Assembly: GCA_965219995.1 (NCBI GenBank) | Contig: CBDCOX010000002.1 | Coordinates: 2,784,001 to 2,848,000, forward strand | DNA: 64,000 nucleotides | DNA from: Candidatus Latescibacterota bacterium | Lineage (GTDB): Bacteria; Latescibacterota; UBA2968; GCA-2709665 | Reading direction: 5' to 3' | In this document: in pieces, positions 54,897 through 64,000 of the stretch | Numbering within the stretch: position 1 is the stretch's first letter | How the letters are laid out: each line of letters starts with the position of its first letter | The notes under the pieces: model-generated | What the model saw: only the letters and a program-made list of their open reading frames with translations | Database searches by the model: none | Told to the model about the DNA's origin: nothing | Made by a program: the position numbers and the translations under genes

Positions 54897-55724
54897 TTGG
54901 ATCGCCACGACGTCGAAATGCAGAGCAGATTGAAGTCAGACGACAACCTGCCCAGGCACGTTGCCATCATCATGGACGGGAATGGTCGCTGGGCGCAGAT
55001 GCATGGCCTCGTCAGGACTCAGGGGCACCGTTCCGCGCGAAAAGTCGTGCGCGACATCGTGCGGGCTTGCGGCGAACTGGGAATCGATATTCTCACTTTG
55101 TTTGCGTTCGGCACGGACAATTGGCGGCGTCCGTGGGCAGAAGTCCTGTCGTTAATGCAATTGTTGCGTGACGTTGCGGTTGAGGAACTGAAGGAACTCC
55201 TCGAAAACAACGTACGTCTGATTGCTACCGGAGATACGGACCGCCTGGCCAGGCAGGCGAGGCAGGCGATGAAATACGCCATGTTCAGGACAGCGGAAAA
55301 CACCGGGCTGACGCTGAATCTGGCCATGAGTTACGACGGTCGCGGCGATATTCTTCAGGCCGTCAGACGCATCGCCAACGAGGTCGATCGGGGAAGGTTA
55401 AGCAGCGATGAAATCGACGGAAGCCTGTTTTCCCGGATGCTTTACACCGTCGACCTGCCCGATCCCGATTTGCTGATCCGCACGAGCGGAGAGTTTCGTC
55501 TGAGTAATTTCATGCTGTGGCAATGCGCGTACACGGAGTTCTGGTTCACGCCGGTCCTGTGGCCCGATTTCAGGCGCGAACATCTGTACGAAGCCATTCG
55601 GGCGTATCAGTCCAGGGAACGCCGTTTTGGAAAGACCAGCGCACAGGTCCGGTCTACGGTGGTCGGCGCCGGGAACGGGCGAGCGGAACGGATCGGCGCG
55701 ACGACGGGCGCGAAGCCTGCATAA
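54897..55724 (+). CDS. uppS: Undecaprenyl diphosphate synthase (start TTG 54897 or ATG 54918)
   Basis: HVAIIMDGNGRWA, DPDLLIRTSGEFRLSNFMLWQ and RERRFG motifs. Confidence 0.96.
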   Translation: MDRHDVEMQSRLKSDDNLPRHVAIIMDGNGRWAQMHGLVRTQGHRSARKVVRDIVRACGELGIDILTLFAFGTDNWRRPWAEVLSLMQLLRDVAVEELKELLENNVRLIATGDTDRLARQARQAMKYAMFRTAENTGLTLNLAMSYDGRGDILQAVRRIANEVDRGRLSSDEIDGSLFSRMLYTVDLPDPDLLIRTSGEFRLSNFMLWQCAYTEFWFTPVLWPDFRREHLYEAIRAYQSRERRFGKTSAQVRSTVVGAGNGRAERIGATTGAKPA

Positions 55725-55760
55725 CGGTTTCACGCCAACTCTCGCTTCCGTCAAGCAGGG

Positions 55761-56591
55761 GTGGATTTGGCGGTACGGTCGAATTTGCTTCACCGGATCT
55801 CTGCGGCGGCGGTCTTCGGGCCGCTTTTTCTGGTACTGTTCTGGGTTGGCGGCATACCGCTCCTGGTCGGTGTGTGCGCGGTGGCCGGGCTTGGGACATG
55901 GGAATATTGCCGGATGCAGAAAAATCGGGGGCTGCATCCCTGGACGGGCGTCGGGGTTGCGGCCTCTTTGGTTTGGTGCCTTTGGCTGTACTGGTTCGAA
56001 GAGCGACTCTGGCCGATTCCGACCGTGCTGATTCCGGTTGTTCTGCTGACCCTGGCATTCAGGCAGAGGGCGGGGCGATTTCGGCTTGCCGACGCCGAAG
56101 CGACCTTTGTCGGTACATGCTATGTTGGATTGCTTCCCGCTTTTGCGCTGTTGGTCCGGAACTACTCCGGCTTCCGTTCCGGCGAAACCGGCGCCGCCGG
56201 GTTTGCCGTTCTGGTACTTCTGGGAATCTGGGGCACGGACATTCTTGCCTATTTCTCGGGGCGTCTCCGGGGCAAGCGACATCCTTTCCCGAAGATCAGC
56301 CCGGGCAAGACGGGCGCGGGTTTCGCGGGAGGAATCGTCGGAGCAGTCGCGGTTATGTCCGTTGGCGGCCACGTCTTGACGTTGTACGCGCCAGCGGAGG
56401 GGATCGTACTGGGAATCGTGGTGGGATTCAGCGCGTTCTGGGGAGATCTGGTCGAGTCGATGATCAAGAGGAACGCGGGGGTCAAGGACGCCTCGGCCCT
56501 GATTCCCGGACACGGCGGCGTGCTGGACAGATTCGACAGTTTTCTGTTCGTGTACCCGGCGGTGTATTTTTACCTGCTCGTCCTGTATTAA
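55761..56591 (+). CDS. cdsA: Phosphatidate cytidylyltransferase
   Basis: ISPGKT, GDLVESMIKR.AGVKD and PGHGGVLDRFDS motifs. Confidence 0.95.
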   Translation: MDLAVRSNLLHRISAAAVFGPLFLVLFWVGGIPLLVGVCAVAGLGTWEYCRMQKNRGLHPWTGVGVAASLVWCLWLYWFEERLWPIPTVLIPVVLLTLAFRQRAGRFRLADAEATFVGTCYVGLLPAFALLVRNYSGFRSGETGAAGFAVLVLLGIWGTDILAYFSGRLRGKRHPFPKISPGKTGAGFAGGIVGAVAVMSVGGHVLTLYAPAEGIVLGIVVGFSAFWGDLVESMIKRNAGVKDASALIPGHGGVLDRFDSFLFVYPAVYFYLLVLY

Positions 56592-56653
56592 CCCTCCGTA
56601 CATTCCGGGAACCTGAGATTACGTTCACCCGTTGACAGGAACGGGACCTGGGT

Positions 56654-57811
56654 ATGAAGCGAGTTGCACTGCTGGGGTCCACGGGATCGATCGGAACCAG
56701 TACGCTGGATGTACTGGCTGGCCTGCCGGACAGGTTCGAAGTGGAATCCCTCAGCGCAGGACGCAATATCAATCTGCTATGCGGGCAGGTGAGGCGTTTC
56801 CGGCCGAAGCGGGTCTGCGTGGCGGACGAGAACGCGACAGACGCCGGCGAAAGGCCCGAGTTGCAGGGCGTTGAGGTGTTGCACGGTCCTGACGGACTCA
56901 TCGCATTGGCAACGGACGCCAACGTGGATCTGGTAATCAACGGGCTGGTTGCGGGCGTCGGATTGCGGCCGACGCTGGCGGCGGTCGAGGCCGGAAAGGA
57001 CGTCGCCATCGCGAATAAGGAATCACTGGTTGTAGCGGGGCACCTGATCACGGAACTCGCGGCGCGGAACGGCGTGCGTTTGATTCCGCTGGATAGCGAA
57101 CTGACTCCCCTGTGGCAGAGCCTGCAGGAAGTCCCTCAGCAGCAGGTGGCACGCATCGTACTTTCCGCCTCCGGGGGACCGTTTTTCGAGATGTCACTGG
57201 ACGAGATGGCCCGCGCGACACCCGACGACGCCCTGCGTCATCCGACGTGGCGAATGGGTCCGAAAATCACGATCGATTCCGCAACATTGATGAACAAGGG
57301 TTTCGAGGTGATCGAGTCCCGCTGGTTTCTCGGGCTCGATATCGAACAGATCGACGTGGTGATCCACCGTCAGTCGGTCGTGCATTGCCTGGTGGAATTC
57401 CTAGACGGAAGCCTGACCGCGCATTTGAGCCGGCCCGACATGCGGCTGCCGATTCAGCAGGCGCTGACCCATCCGGACCGGCTGCCGACGGCTGTGTCTT
57501 CGCTGGACCTGGTGTCCACGGGTTCCCTGAGCTTTCACGCGCCGGACCTGGAGCGGTTTCCATGCCTTGCGATTGCATATGACGTGGGACGCGCGGGCGG
57601 TACGGCGGCAGCGGTGCTGAACGCGGCCAACGAGATCGGTGTGTATTCCTTTCTGTCAGGGCGAATCGGATTTCTGGATGTCCCGGACGTCGTACGCCGG
57701 ACCCTGGATGCGCATGTCAACGCATCGGGCTCGAAACTTGATGCGGTATTGGAAGCGGACCGCTGGGGGCGGGAAAAGGCAAGGGAGGTCGTCGCGCGCC
57801 TGGCGAAATAA
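56654..57811 (+). CDS. dxr: 1-deoxy-D-xylulose 5-phosphate reductoisomerase
   Basis: LGSTGSIG, ANKESLV, ASGGPF, HPTWRMGPKITIDSATLMNKG and LNAANE motifs. Confidence 0.96.
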   Translation: MKRVALLGSTGSIGTSTLDVLAGLPDRFEVESLSAGRNINLLCGQVRRFRPKRVCVADENATDAGERPELQGVEVLHGPDGLIALATDANVDLVINGLVAGVGLRPTLAAVEAGKDVAIANKESLVVAGHLITELAARNGVRLIPLDSELTPLWQSLQEVPQQQVARIVLSASGGPFFEMSLDEMARATPDDALRHPTWRMGPKITIDSATLMNKGFEVIESRWFLGLDIEQIDVVIHRQSVVHCLVEFLDGSLTAHLSRPDMRLPIQQALTHPDRLPTAVSSLDLVSTGSLSFHAPDLERFPCLAIAYDVGRAGGTAAAVLNAANEIGVYSFLSGRIGFLDVPDVVRRTLDAHVNASGSKLDAVLEADRWGREKAREVVARLAK

Positions 57812-57937
57812 ACCCGAAGACTCCTCGCCGGGACCGGAGTGCCGCGCGGACGGCCATCGCACGGATCGCCGTTCCCGGTAATCGATCCGGCTCCACCGAC
57901 CCGGAGTGAGGGGAATTCCCTACAGGAGTTCAGCGCT

Positions 57938-59245
57938 TTGGAATTTCTGGAAACCATCTTCTATTTCATACTCGTACTCGGTGTGCTGGTTTTCGTGCAC
58001 GAATTCGGACATTTCGTGGTGGCCAAGAAGTCCGGGGTTCGCGTGGAACAGTTCTCGCTGGGATTTCCTCCCAAGGCGTTTGGGATTACGGTTGGCGAGA
58101 CCGAGTACTGCATTTCCTGGCTGCCCCTGGGCGGGTACGTGAAAGTCGCCGGAATGTCGGACTTTGGCAGCGCGGAGGTCAGGCAGGAGCCCTGGGAATT
58201 TCAGTCGAAACCCAGGGGAATCCAGATGGCGGTTTTCATCGCCGGGCCCATCATGAATTTCCTGCTGGGATTCCTGATCATTCTTGGGCTGCGTCTTTCG
58301 CTGGGGGACTATGTTCTGCAGACGACGAAGGTTGGCAGGATCGAGGCGACGTCTCCGTTTTATGAAGCGGGCCTGCGCTCGAACGACCGCATCCTCTCAG
58401 TGAATGGGACACCCGTGGAAGACTGGGGCGGGCTGATGGATGCATACAACGCGACTGGCGACGGCGACGTTGCCCTGGAAGTGGCTCGCGACGAGGGCGT
58501 GGTGTTCCTTGTGGCCACAACCGATAAAGGGCAGGAGCCGGGGTTCGATCCTTTCCTGCCCCCCGTTGCCGGATCGGTGATGCCCGGGTACCCTGCCGAC
58601 AAAGGGGGCATGGCGCCCGGCGACCGCGTGCTTTCGATCGCCGGCGAATCGGTGAGCGGATGGGACGAGATGAGGCGGAAAATCTCCGCAAGGCCGGGGC
58701 AGGAGACTGAGATCCGCTGGTTGCGCGGCGACGTGGAAGTCGCGGCCCGAGTCGTGCCTAAGCCGCAACGGGGAGAGGGGCGAACCATCGGCGTGATTGG
58801 CATCGGACCGTCCCTCGAGCCCAGCGCGAGGGTGCCGGTGACCCTTGGCGCCGCCATCGAGCGCAGCGGAAGGGATCTGGTGGGATATACCACGCTTATC
58901 TTCACGTTGATCAAGCGTCTGGTCATGGGAGAGGTATCCGGAGGAATGATCGCGGGACCGGTAGGCATTGCCCAGATGGCGGGGAGCAAGGCGCGGCAGG
59001 GTTGGGAGGCGCTGCTCGATTTCATGGCAATGTTGAGCATTAACCTCGCCGTCCTGAACCTGTTGCCGATACCCGCGCTGGACGGGGGCCACCTGATGAT
59101 CCTGAGCGTGGAAGCCATATCGCGGCGCTCGCTTTCCACGCGGCAGAAGGAGCGCCTCCAGCAGATCGGTTTCGTGTTCCTGCTCGGACTCATGGTGTAC
59201 GTGACCTTTGGCGACATCGGCCGGATCTGGGGGCTGTTCTATTGA
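57938..59245 (+). CDS. rseP: RIP metalloprotease RseP with two PDZ domains
   Basis: HEFGH, PLGGYV and NLLPIPALDGG motifs; AGGAG before TTG 57938. Confidence 0.95.
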   Translation: MEFLETIFYFILVLGVLVFVHEFGHFVVAKKSGVRVEQFSLGFPPKAFGITVGETEYCISWLPLGGYVKVAGMSDFGSAEVRQEPWEFQSKPRGIQMAVFIAGPIMNFLLGFLIILGLRLSLGDYVLQTTKVGRIEATSPFYEAGLRSNDRILSVNGTPVEDWGGLMDAYNATGDGDVALEVARDEGVVFLVATTDKGQEPGFDPFLPPVAGSVMPGYPADKGGMAPGDRVLSIAGESVSGWDEMRRKISARPGQETEIRWLRGDVEVAARVVPKPQRGEGRTIGVIGIGPSLEPSARVPVTLGAAIERSGRDLVGYTTLIFTLIKRLVMGEVSGGMIAGPVGIAQMAGSKARQGWEALLDFMAMLSINLAVLNLLPIPALDGGHLMILSVEAISRRSLSTRQKERLQQIGFVFLLGLMVYVTFGDIGRIWGLFY

Positions 59246-59281
59246 CACGAATGAAGTGAAGTGTATCCGTAACGCTGAGAG

Positions 59282-59320
59282 AATGAAGCCGGGTTCGAAA
59301 ACCCGGCTTCATTTTTTTTT
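59282..59320 (+). terminator. Intrinsic terminator after rseP
   Basis: AATGAAGCCGGGTT-CGAA-AACCCGGCTTCATT followed by a T-run. Confidence 0.8.
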
Positions 59321-59671
59321 GCGCACGTCGCGCCTGACCGCGGTTTCTCTCTTCCCGGTCTTCTTCCATCGTACGAAAACGCTGTCGGCTTTCAGCGACT
59401 CCATGACAGTGCCGGCCAGGAGTTCCAACGCTTCGGGGTCCGTCTTCCAGGCCGCAGTCAGGCGTTCCAGGTCTTTCTCGGTAAATCGGACTCCCTGAAG
59501 TACGGCCTTTCGCTTGATGGCCAGGCTGTCGGGCTGTTCCGCGTACCGATGATGCAGTTGGATGACTTCCACGACAACGCGCGCCAGTTGTCGTTCGTCG
59601 AGTTCGGATCCACTCCGGGACGTGCACGCCAGCAGGCCCGGGAACAGGAGCGTGTATAGTACCGGTTTCAT
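59309..59671 (-). CDS. Hypothetical lipoprotein
   Basis: MKPVLYTLLFPGLLA-C lipobox followed by a helical domain. Confidence 0.6.
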   Translation of the reverse strand: MKPVLYTLLFPGLLACTSRSGSELDERQLARVVVEVIQLHHRYAEQPDSLAIKRKAVLQGVRFTEKDLERLTAAWKTDPEALELLAGTVMESLKADSVFVRWKKTGKRETAVRRDVRKKK

Positions 59672-59959
59672 TGCGGAAAAGATATCCGGACGCTGCGGGA
59701 GGGTCAAGGCCAATCAACCAGCAACATCATGGTGTGGGGGAGGACGGTAAGGAAGGGAATCCGCGCCGTCCTGTGAGCGCTGCCGTAACGATGGGACCGG
59801 TGCGGGAGGCGCCCTTCCACAATATCTGGTATCCGCTGTCGCCTGTACTTCTCCATTCCCACCACATTTACCTCTCGGGCGTCGTCGCGACGAAATGTGT
59901 GAATGTGGTCACGGGCTTGTTTTTTTTAGAGATAAGCAGAAAAATCGGTTAGAAATCCC

Positions 59960-59988
59960 TTGACTTTTATATGTCGAGGCCCTAATTT
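59960..59988 (+). promoter_or_regulatory. Promoter of the dcw (mraZ) operon
   Basis: TTGACT-N17-TAATTT immediately upstream of the MraZ boxes. Confidence 0.65.
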
Positions 59989-59990
59989 TG

Positions 59991-60016
59991 GTGGTGGAAA
60001 GTGGTGGAAAGTGGTG
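59991..60016 (+). promoter_or_regulatory. MraZ binding repeats
   Basis: GTGGTGGAAA GTGGTGGAAA GTGGTG with 10-nt period, upstream of mraZ. Confidence 0.8.
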
Positions 60017-60189
60017 CATCAGGGAAGATTTGGCAGACTGCGAGAATTTCGCTTGAGCAGAATGAGCCCCGGCACGATAGTCGGGGCTTTTCTCCCGATC
60101 CGGTTCCCGGACAGAGCGAATTCGAAACGCCTTTGTCGCCCCCGCGGATCCTGGCGCCACAGGGCCTCCCAATACTCCGAGTGACGCAC

Positions 60190-60645
60190 ATGCCTGACGA
60201 AATGCCGCTGTTCATCGGAGAATACGAGGAAATTCCCGTCGACAACAAGGGCCGGCTGATTGTCCCCGCCGCCATTCGCCGGGTTTTGCCTACGCATGTC
60301 ACTTCGCTTGTCATCGCAAGGTGGTTTGACGGCTGCCTGGCCGGATTCGATCCCGTAGGTTGGCAGCAGGTCCTGCAGCAGATACGGGACGGGAGCCATA
60401 AGGGCAGGGTGAAGCGGCAGATCGCCCGCTGGGTTATGGGGGGAGCGGCGGAGACCAGAATTGACCGGCAGGGTCGTCTGCTGGTTCCGCGAAAGCTGCT
60501 CGATACGGCGGAAATCGCGGATCGCGCGACGCTCAGTGGGGTGGGCAACAGGATAGAAATCTGGAATCCGGCGCGATACAGCGACGATATGAGTGATGTC
60601 GGCCAGAACCTGGAAGAATTCGCGGAAGACCTCGACATTCTCTGA
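60190..60645 (+). CDS. mraZ: Transcriptional regulator MraZ
   Basis: VDNKGRLIVP, IDRQGRLLVP and GVGNRIEIW motifs. Confidence 0.95.
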   Translation: MPDEMPLFIGEYEEIPVDNKGRLIVPAAIRRVLPTHVTSLVIARWFDGCLAGFDPVGWQQVLQQIRDGSHKGRVKRQIARWVMGGAAETRIDRQGRLLVPRKLLDTAEIADRATLSGVGNRIEIWNPARYSDDMSDVGQNLEEFAEDLDIL

Positions 60646-61585
60646 GTCAGGGCTCGGGGCCGAGGAATTTCACACGCCGGTTATGGCGCCGGAAACGGCC
60701 GGCCGGATCGTTAACGACCCGAACGGCATTTACGTAGACGGGACAGTGGGCGGCGGCGGCCATGCCGAGCATTTGCTGTCGCGGATGGGACGGCAGGGAC
60801 GACTGATCGGGTTGGACCGGGATCCGGAGGCGATCGCGGCCGCTTCCAGTCGCCTGCGCAGGTTTTCCGAGCAGGTGGAATTCGTCCGTACACCTTTCAG
60901 CGAACTGCCGCGGGTTCTGGACGATCTCGGCGTGAAACGGATTTCGGGGGCGCTCTTCGACCTCGGGGTGTCTTCGCATCAGATAGAGGAGCCCTCCCGC
61001 GGCTTCAGTTATCTTCGAAACGGACCGCTGGATATGCGGATGGGGCCCGATGCCGTTCGATCCGCACGGGCGGTCGTGAATACGTATCCCCTCGAAGAAT
61101 TGACCCGGATTTTCATGGAATTCGGCGAGGAGCGTGCGGCGGGCCGGATTGCGCGGGCAATATGCCGGCGGCGGGACCGGAAACCGGTTGAAGAAACATT
61201 GGAATTGGCCGCTCTCATTGCGGAAAGCGCGCGTGGACACCGGACCAGAAAAGCCATGGCCAGGATCTTCCAGTCGATACGCATGGAAGTCAACGGTGAG
61301 ATGGAGCAGCTGCGGGAGACCCTCGATTCGACCATCGGGAGGCTGGTGCAGGGCGGACGGATGGGCGTTCTGTCCTATCACTCGCTGGAAGACCGCGCGG
61401 TGAAGACGGCGTTTCGTTCGGCAGCCCGGGGTTGTGTTTGCCCGCCGAATCTTCCGGTTTGCGGATGCGGACGAGTGCCGCAGATCCATGTCCTGGCACC
61501 TGGCGGCATTCGACCGGAACCGGATGAGCAACGGCGAAACCCGAGGTCCAGGAGCGCCACGCTGCGGATCGCCGAGAGACTGTGA
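60596..61585 (+). CDS. rsmH: 16S rRNA (cytosine1402-N4)-methyltransferase
   Basis: HTPVM, DGTVGGGGH, DLGVSS, GPLDMRM, HSLEDR and NPRSRSA motifs; start uncertain. Confidence 0.95.
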   Translation: MSARTWKNSRKTSTFSESGLGAEEFHTPVMAPETAGRIVNDPNGIYVDGTVGGGGHAEHLLSRMGRQGRLIGLDRDPEAIAAASSRLRRFSEQVEFVRTPFSELPRVLDDLGVKRISGALFDLGVSSHQIEEPSRGFSYLRNGPLDMRMGPDAVRSARAVVNTYPLEELTRIFMEFGEERAAGRIARAICRRRDRKPVEETLELAALIAESARGHRTRKAMARIFQSIRMEVNGEMEQLRETLDSTIGRLVQGGRMGVLSYHSLEDRAVKTAFRSAARGCVCPPNLPVCGCGRVPQIHVLAPGGIRPEPDEQRRNPRSRSATLRIAERL

Positions 61586-61616
61586 AGCCGGGCGTTCGGA
61601 ATAAGAAAAGCCGCGT

Positions 61617-61949
61617 ATGAACACGAATACCGAAGGTAAGACGACGGGGGGGTATCGATACGTCCTCCTCGCCGTGGTGATGATGGTTGCGGGCCTTCTG
61701 GGTTACCTGTGGGCACAGGCACAGACCGTAAGGCAGGGAGACGAGATCGCGCGGCTTCGAACCGCGCATCAGCAGTTGCTCCGTCATCAGGAGCGTCTCC
61801 GGGCAGAAATCTCGGGACTCCGAAAAAGCAGCCGAATCCGGAAAATCGCTACGGTTAAACTCGGGATGGTGTTTCCACAGGGTCCGCCTCAAAACCTGTA
61901 CCTGGACGGACAACCCGGCCGCCAGGCGCTTTCCGGCCACAAAAAATGA
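61617..61949 (+). CDS. ftsL: Cell division protein FtsL-like
   Basis: TM + coiled coil + RIRKIA..KLGM; position between rsmH and the PBP gene. Confidence 0.8.
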   Translation: MNTNTEGKTTGGYRYVLLAVVMMVAGLLGYLWAQAQTVRQGDEIARLRTAHQQLLRHQERLRAEISGLRKSSRIRKIATVKLGMVFPQGPPQNLYLDGQPGRQALSGHKK

Positions 61950-61952
61950 ACC

Positions 61953-64000
61953 ATGCGGATTGAAGTGCGCCATATTCGCCGGTTGAGAGCGATCTGCCTG
62001 CTGGGCGGTATCTTCGTACTGGTCCTGGTCTACAGATTGACCGCGCTTCAGGTCTGGACGGGCGACTTCTACAGCGCACGGGCAAAAAGGCAGCACGAAA
62101 AGCCGACGGTGTTGCAGGCGAGCCGCGGTCGAATTCTGGACCGGCAGGGCCGGGTGCTCGCGACAAACCTCGAGGCCCAATCGTTCTTTGTCAACAGAGT
62201 AGCCGAACTGGACAGCCTCCGATCCATCGCGGTGCGATTTTCCGGAAGCGATGGCGAGCAGAACGCCGCCCTCCTGCGACGGCTGAAGAAGAGGCAGTTC
62301 GTCTGGCTGGCTCGAAAGGTCTTAAGCGACCCGCGGCAGGATCCGTTGCCGAAAGGGGTTGGCCGGATTGTCGAGATGAAGCGAACCTATCCGATGGCTG
62401 AGCTTGGTGGGCAGATTCTGGGGTACACCGACATCGACAACCTGGGAATCGAGGGCGTCGAACTGGCTAGCAACTCGCTTCTGCAGGGCAAACACGGAGA
62501 CATGACGTCCAGGCGGGACGCGCGCGGTGAGGCGCTGGGCGCCCTGGGTGTCGTACGCAGAATGCCCGAGGACGGCGAGGATGTCATGTTGACCCTGGAC
62601 GTCGATTACCAGTCGATCGTGGAGGAGGAGCTGGCCGCCGCCGTAACGGAATTCCAGGCGGTGCACGGAATGGCGATCGTCACTTCGCCCCGGACAGGTG
62701 AAATCCTGGCGATGGCCAATGTGCCGCTGTACGATCCCAATCATTTCGGGAAATACGATGCGGCGGTCCGGCGCAACCGCGCGGTAACCGATCTCTTCGA
62801 GCCCGGATCGACGTTCAAGGCGTTCACTGTCGCGGGCGCGCTACAGGAAGGCCTCTGGCGCCGCGAAGATCGGATCTTCTGTGAGTTCGGCCGACTGCAG
62901 ATTCCCGGCGGAGTGATCCGGGACACCCATCCTTGCGGGTGGTTGACGGTACAGCAGGTCGTGGAAGAATCCAGCAACATCGGTACCGTGAAAATCGCCC
63001 GAAAACTGAAACAGGCGGGATTGTACGAATATGTCAGGCTGTTCGGATTCGGTACCAAGACTGCCGTGGATCTGCCGGGTGAAGTACCGGGAAACGTCAA
63101 GAAACCGACACGTTGGTCGGGAAGAACGCTGGCATCGATGGCGATCGGACAGGAAATCGGCGTGACGGCGTTACAGATGGCGATGGCATACGGCGCAATC
63201 GCAAACGGCGGTCGTTTGATGGCGCCGCAAATCTATCGCCGCCGTTCTCCGGACGGCGCCTGGATGTCCGAGCGACCCAATGTGCTGCGCGAGGTCGTTT
63301 CCGAGGAGACGGCAAGGAACGTCGCCGAAATCCTTGAGGGGGTCGTGCTGCGAGGCACGGGCGCAAACGCGGGGGTGCCCGGCTATCGCGTTGCCGGCAA
63401 AACGGGCACCGCGCAGCGGGCAAGAGAAGGCGGGAGGGGCTATGATCCGCATCGGTATATTTCCTCATTTGTCGGATTTCTGCCGGTCGAGCGTGCCGAA
63501 TTCGTGTGTATCGTGGTTGTTGACAGTCCGAAGGGAACTTACTGGGGCAGCAAGGTGGCGGCACCCGTCTTCAGGCGGATCATGAAACGTATCCTGAGTC
63601 TGCGCGACACGGAAATGCGACATCGAGCAGTCATTGAAGCCCGCGAGAGGGAAGATGCGGAAACATCCGCACCGGTCCTGGCGGGACTGCCCGCGAACGT
63701 AGCGAAACGGGTGATGGACCGGCAGGGCTTCAATCCGACGCGGGTTCACGCGGGTGCGACATCGTCGGTAAAGTCACAGGTCCTGTCGACTGAAATCAGG
63801 GAATCCCAGCGGGCGACTGCTTCGGTGGATTCGGCGAAGACCGATGAGTCCGTAGCAATGCCCGATGTTGTGGGGGTTCCCCTGCGCCAGGCTGTGGTAC
63901 AGTTGACCTCTTCGGGGTTGGTGGTAAGCGCCTCGGGTAGCGGAAGCGTCGTTTCGCAGAGTCCCGGCGCCGGGATGCTGGTTGCCCGCGGCACGGCCTG
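61953..64000 (+). CDS. ftsI: Class B penicillin-binding protein FtsI/PBP3 with C-terminal PASTA (runs off the window)
   Basis: Own translation from ATG 61953: MRIEVRH..TM..RGRILDRQG; EPGSTFK, SSN and KTGTAQ motifs. Confidence 0.93.
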   Translation, partial: MRIEVRHIRRLRAICLLGGIFVLVLVYRLTALQVWTGDFYSARAKRQHEKPTVLQASRGRILDRQGRVLATNLEAQSFFVNRVAELDSLRSIAVRFSGSDGEQNAALLRRLKKRQFVWLARKVLSDPRQDPLPKGVGRIVEMKRTYPMAELGGQILGYTDIDNLGIEGVELASNSLLQGKHGDMTSRRDARGEALGALGVVRRMPEDGEDVMLTLDVDYQSIVEEELAAAVTEFQAVHGMAIVTSPRTGEILAMANVPLYDPNHFGKYDAAVRRNRAVTDLFEPGSTFKAFTVAGALQEGLWRREDRIFCEFGRLQIPGGVIRDTHPCGWLTVQQVVEESSNIGTVKIARKLKQAGLYEYVRLFGFGTKTAVDLPGEVPGNVKKPTRWSGRTLASMAIGQEIGVTALQMAMAYGAIANGGRLMAPQIYRRRSPDGAWMSERPNVLREVVSEETARNVAEILEGVVLRGTGANAGVPGYRVAGKTGTAQRAREGGRGYDPHRYISSFVGFLPVERAEFVCIVVVDSPKGTYWGSKVAAPVFRRIMKRILSLRDTEMRHRAVIEAREREDAETSAPVLAGLPANVAKRVMDRQGFNPTRVHAGATSSVKSQVLSTEIRESQRATASVDSAKTDESVAMPDVVGVPLRQAVVQLTSSGLVVSASGSGSVVSQSPGAGMLVARGTA

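Noticed and set aside
59845-59876. Second, inverted MraZ repeat array
   Set aside because: The CCAC-like units are degenerate and spaced 9 nt rather than 10 nt apart
61946-61963. ftsI start at the ATGA overlap with ftsL
   Set aside because: That frame stops after 5 codons; the PBP frame starts at ATG 61953

Overview
GC-rich bacterial chromosome segment from a diderm. The DUF6785-type transporter and PhyH paralogs, the PorV/PorQ-like barrel and the DUF3098-like gene suggest an FCB-related lineage such as Latescibacterota; this is inference only. The window has two parts divided at tRNA-Val(TAC) (45415-45491). Right part: housekeeping genes (rplS-trmD-rimM-rpsP-ffh, rpe, rluA-like, 5-FTHF cyclo-ligase, uppS-cdsA-dxr-rseP, mraZ-rsmH-ftsL-ftsI). 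Left part: accessory genes. (i) A ~20 kb catabolic region with three DUF6785/6784-like membrane paralogs, two GH42-like proteins, two PhyH dioxygenases, an enolase-family dehydratase, a tandem amidohydrolase, a deacetylase-like protein and an acetyltransferase. (ii) An MpaB/Lcp-type oxygenase, MMPL, LolA-like protein, outer-membrane protein and Tat-signal intradiol dioxygenase operon. (iii) An AAA+ ATPase between two inverted MITE-like copies. (iv) A kinase, acyltransferase and aminotransferase cluster. (v) The best candidate for a new system: a putatively metal-regulated operon in which a His-rich DUF318/SO_0444-type permease is fused to an HflK-like SPFH domain, followed by separate HflC-like and HflK-like genes, an orphan periplasmic binding protein, a membrane protein and a ZIP transporter. 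Several modular intergenic repeats are also present. All family calls come from motifs recognised by eye, not from database searches.
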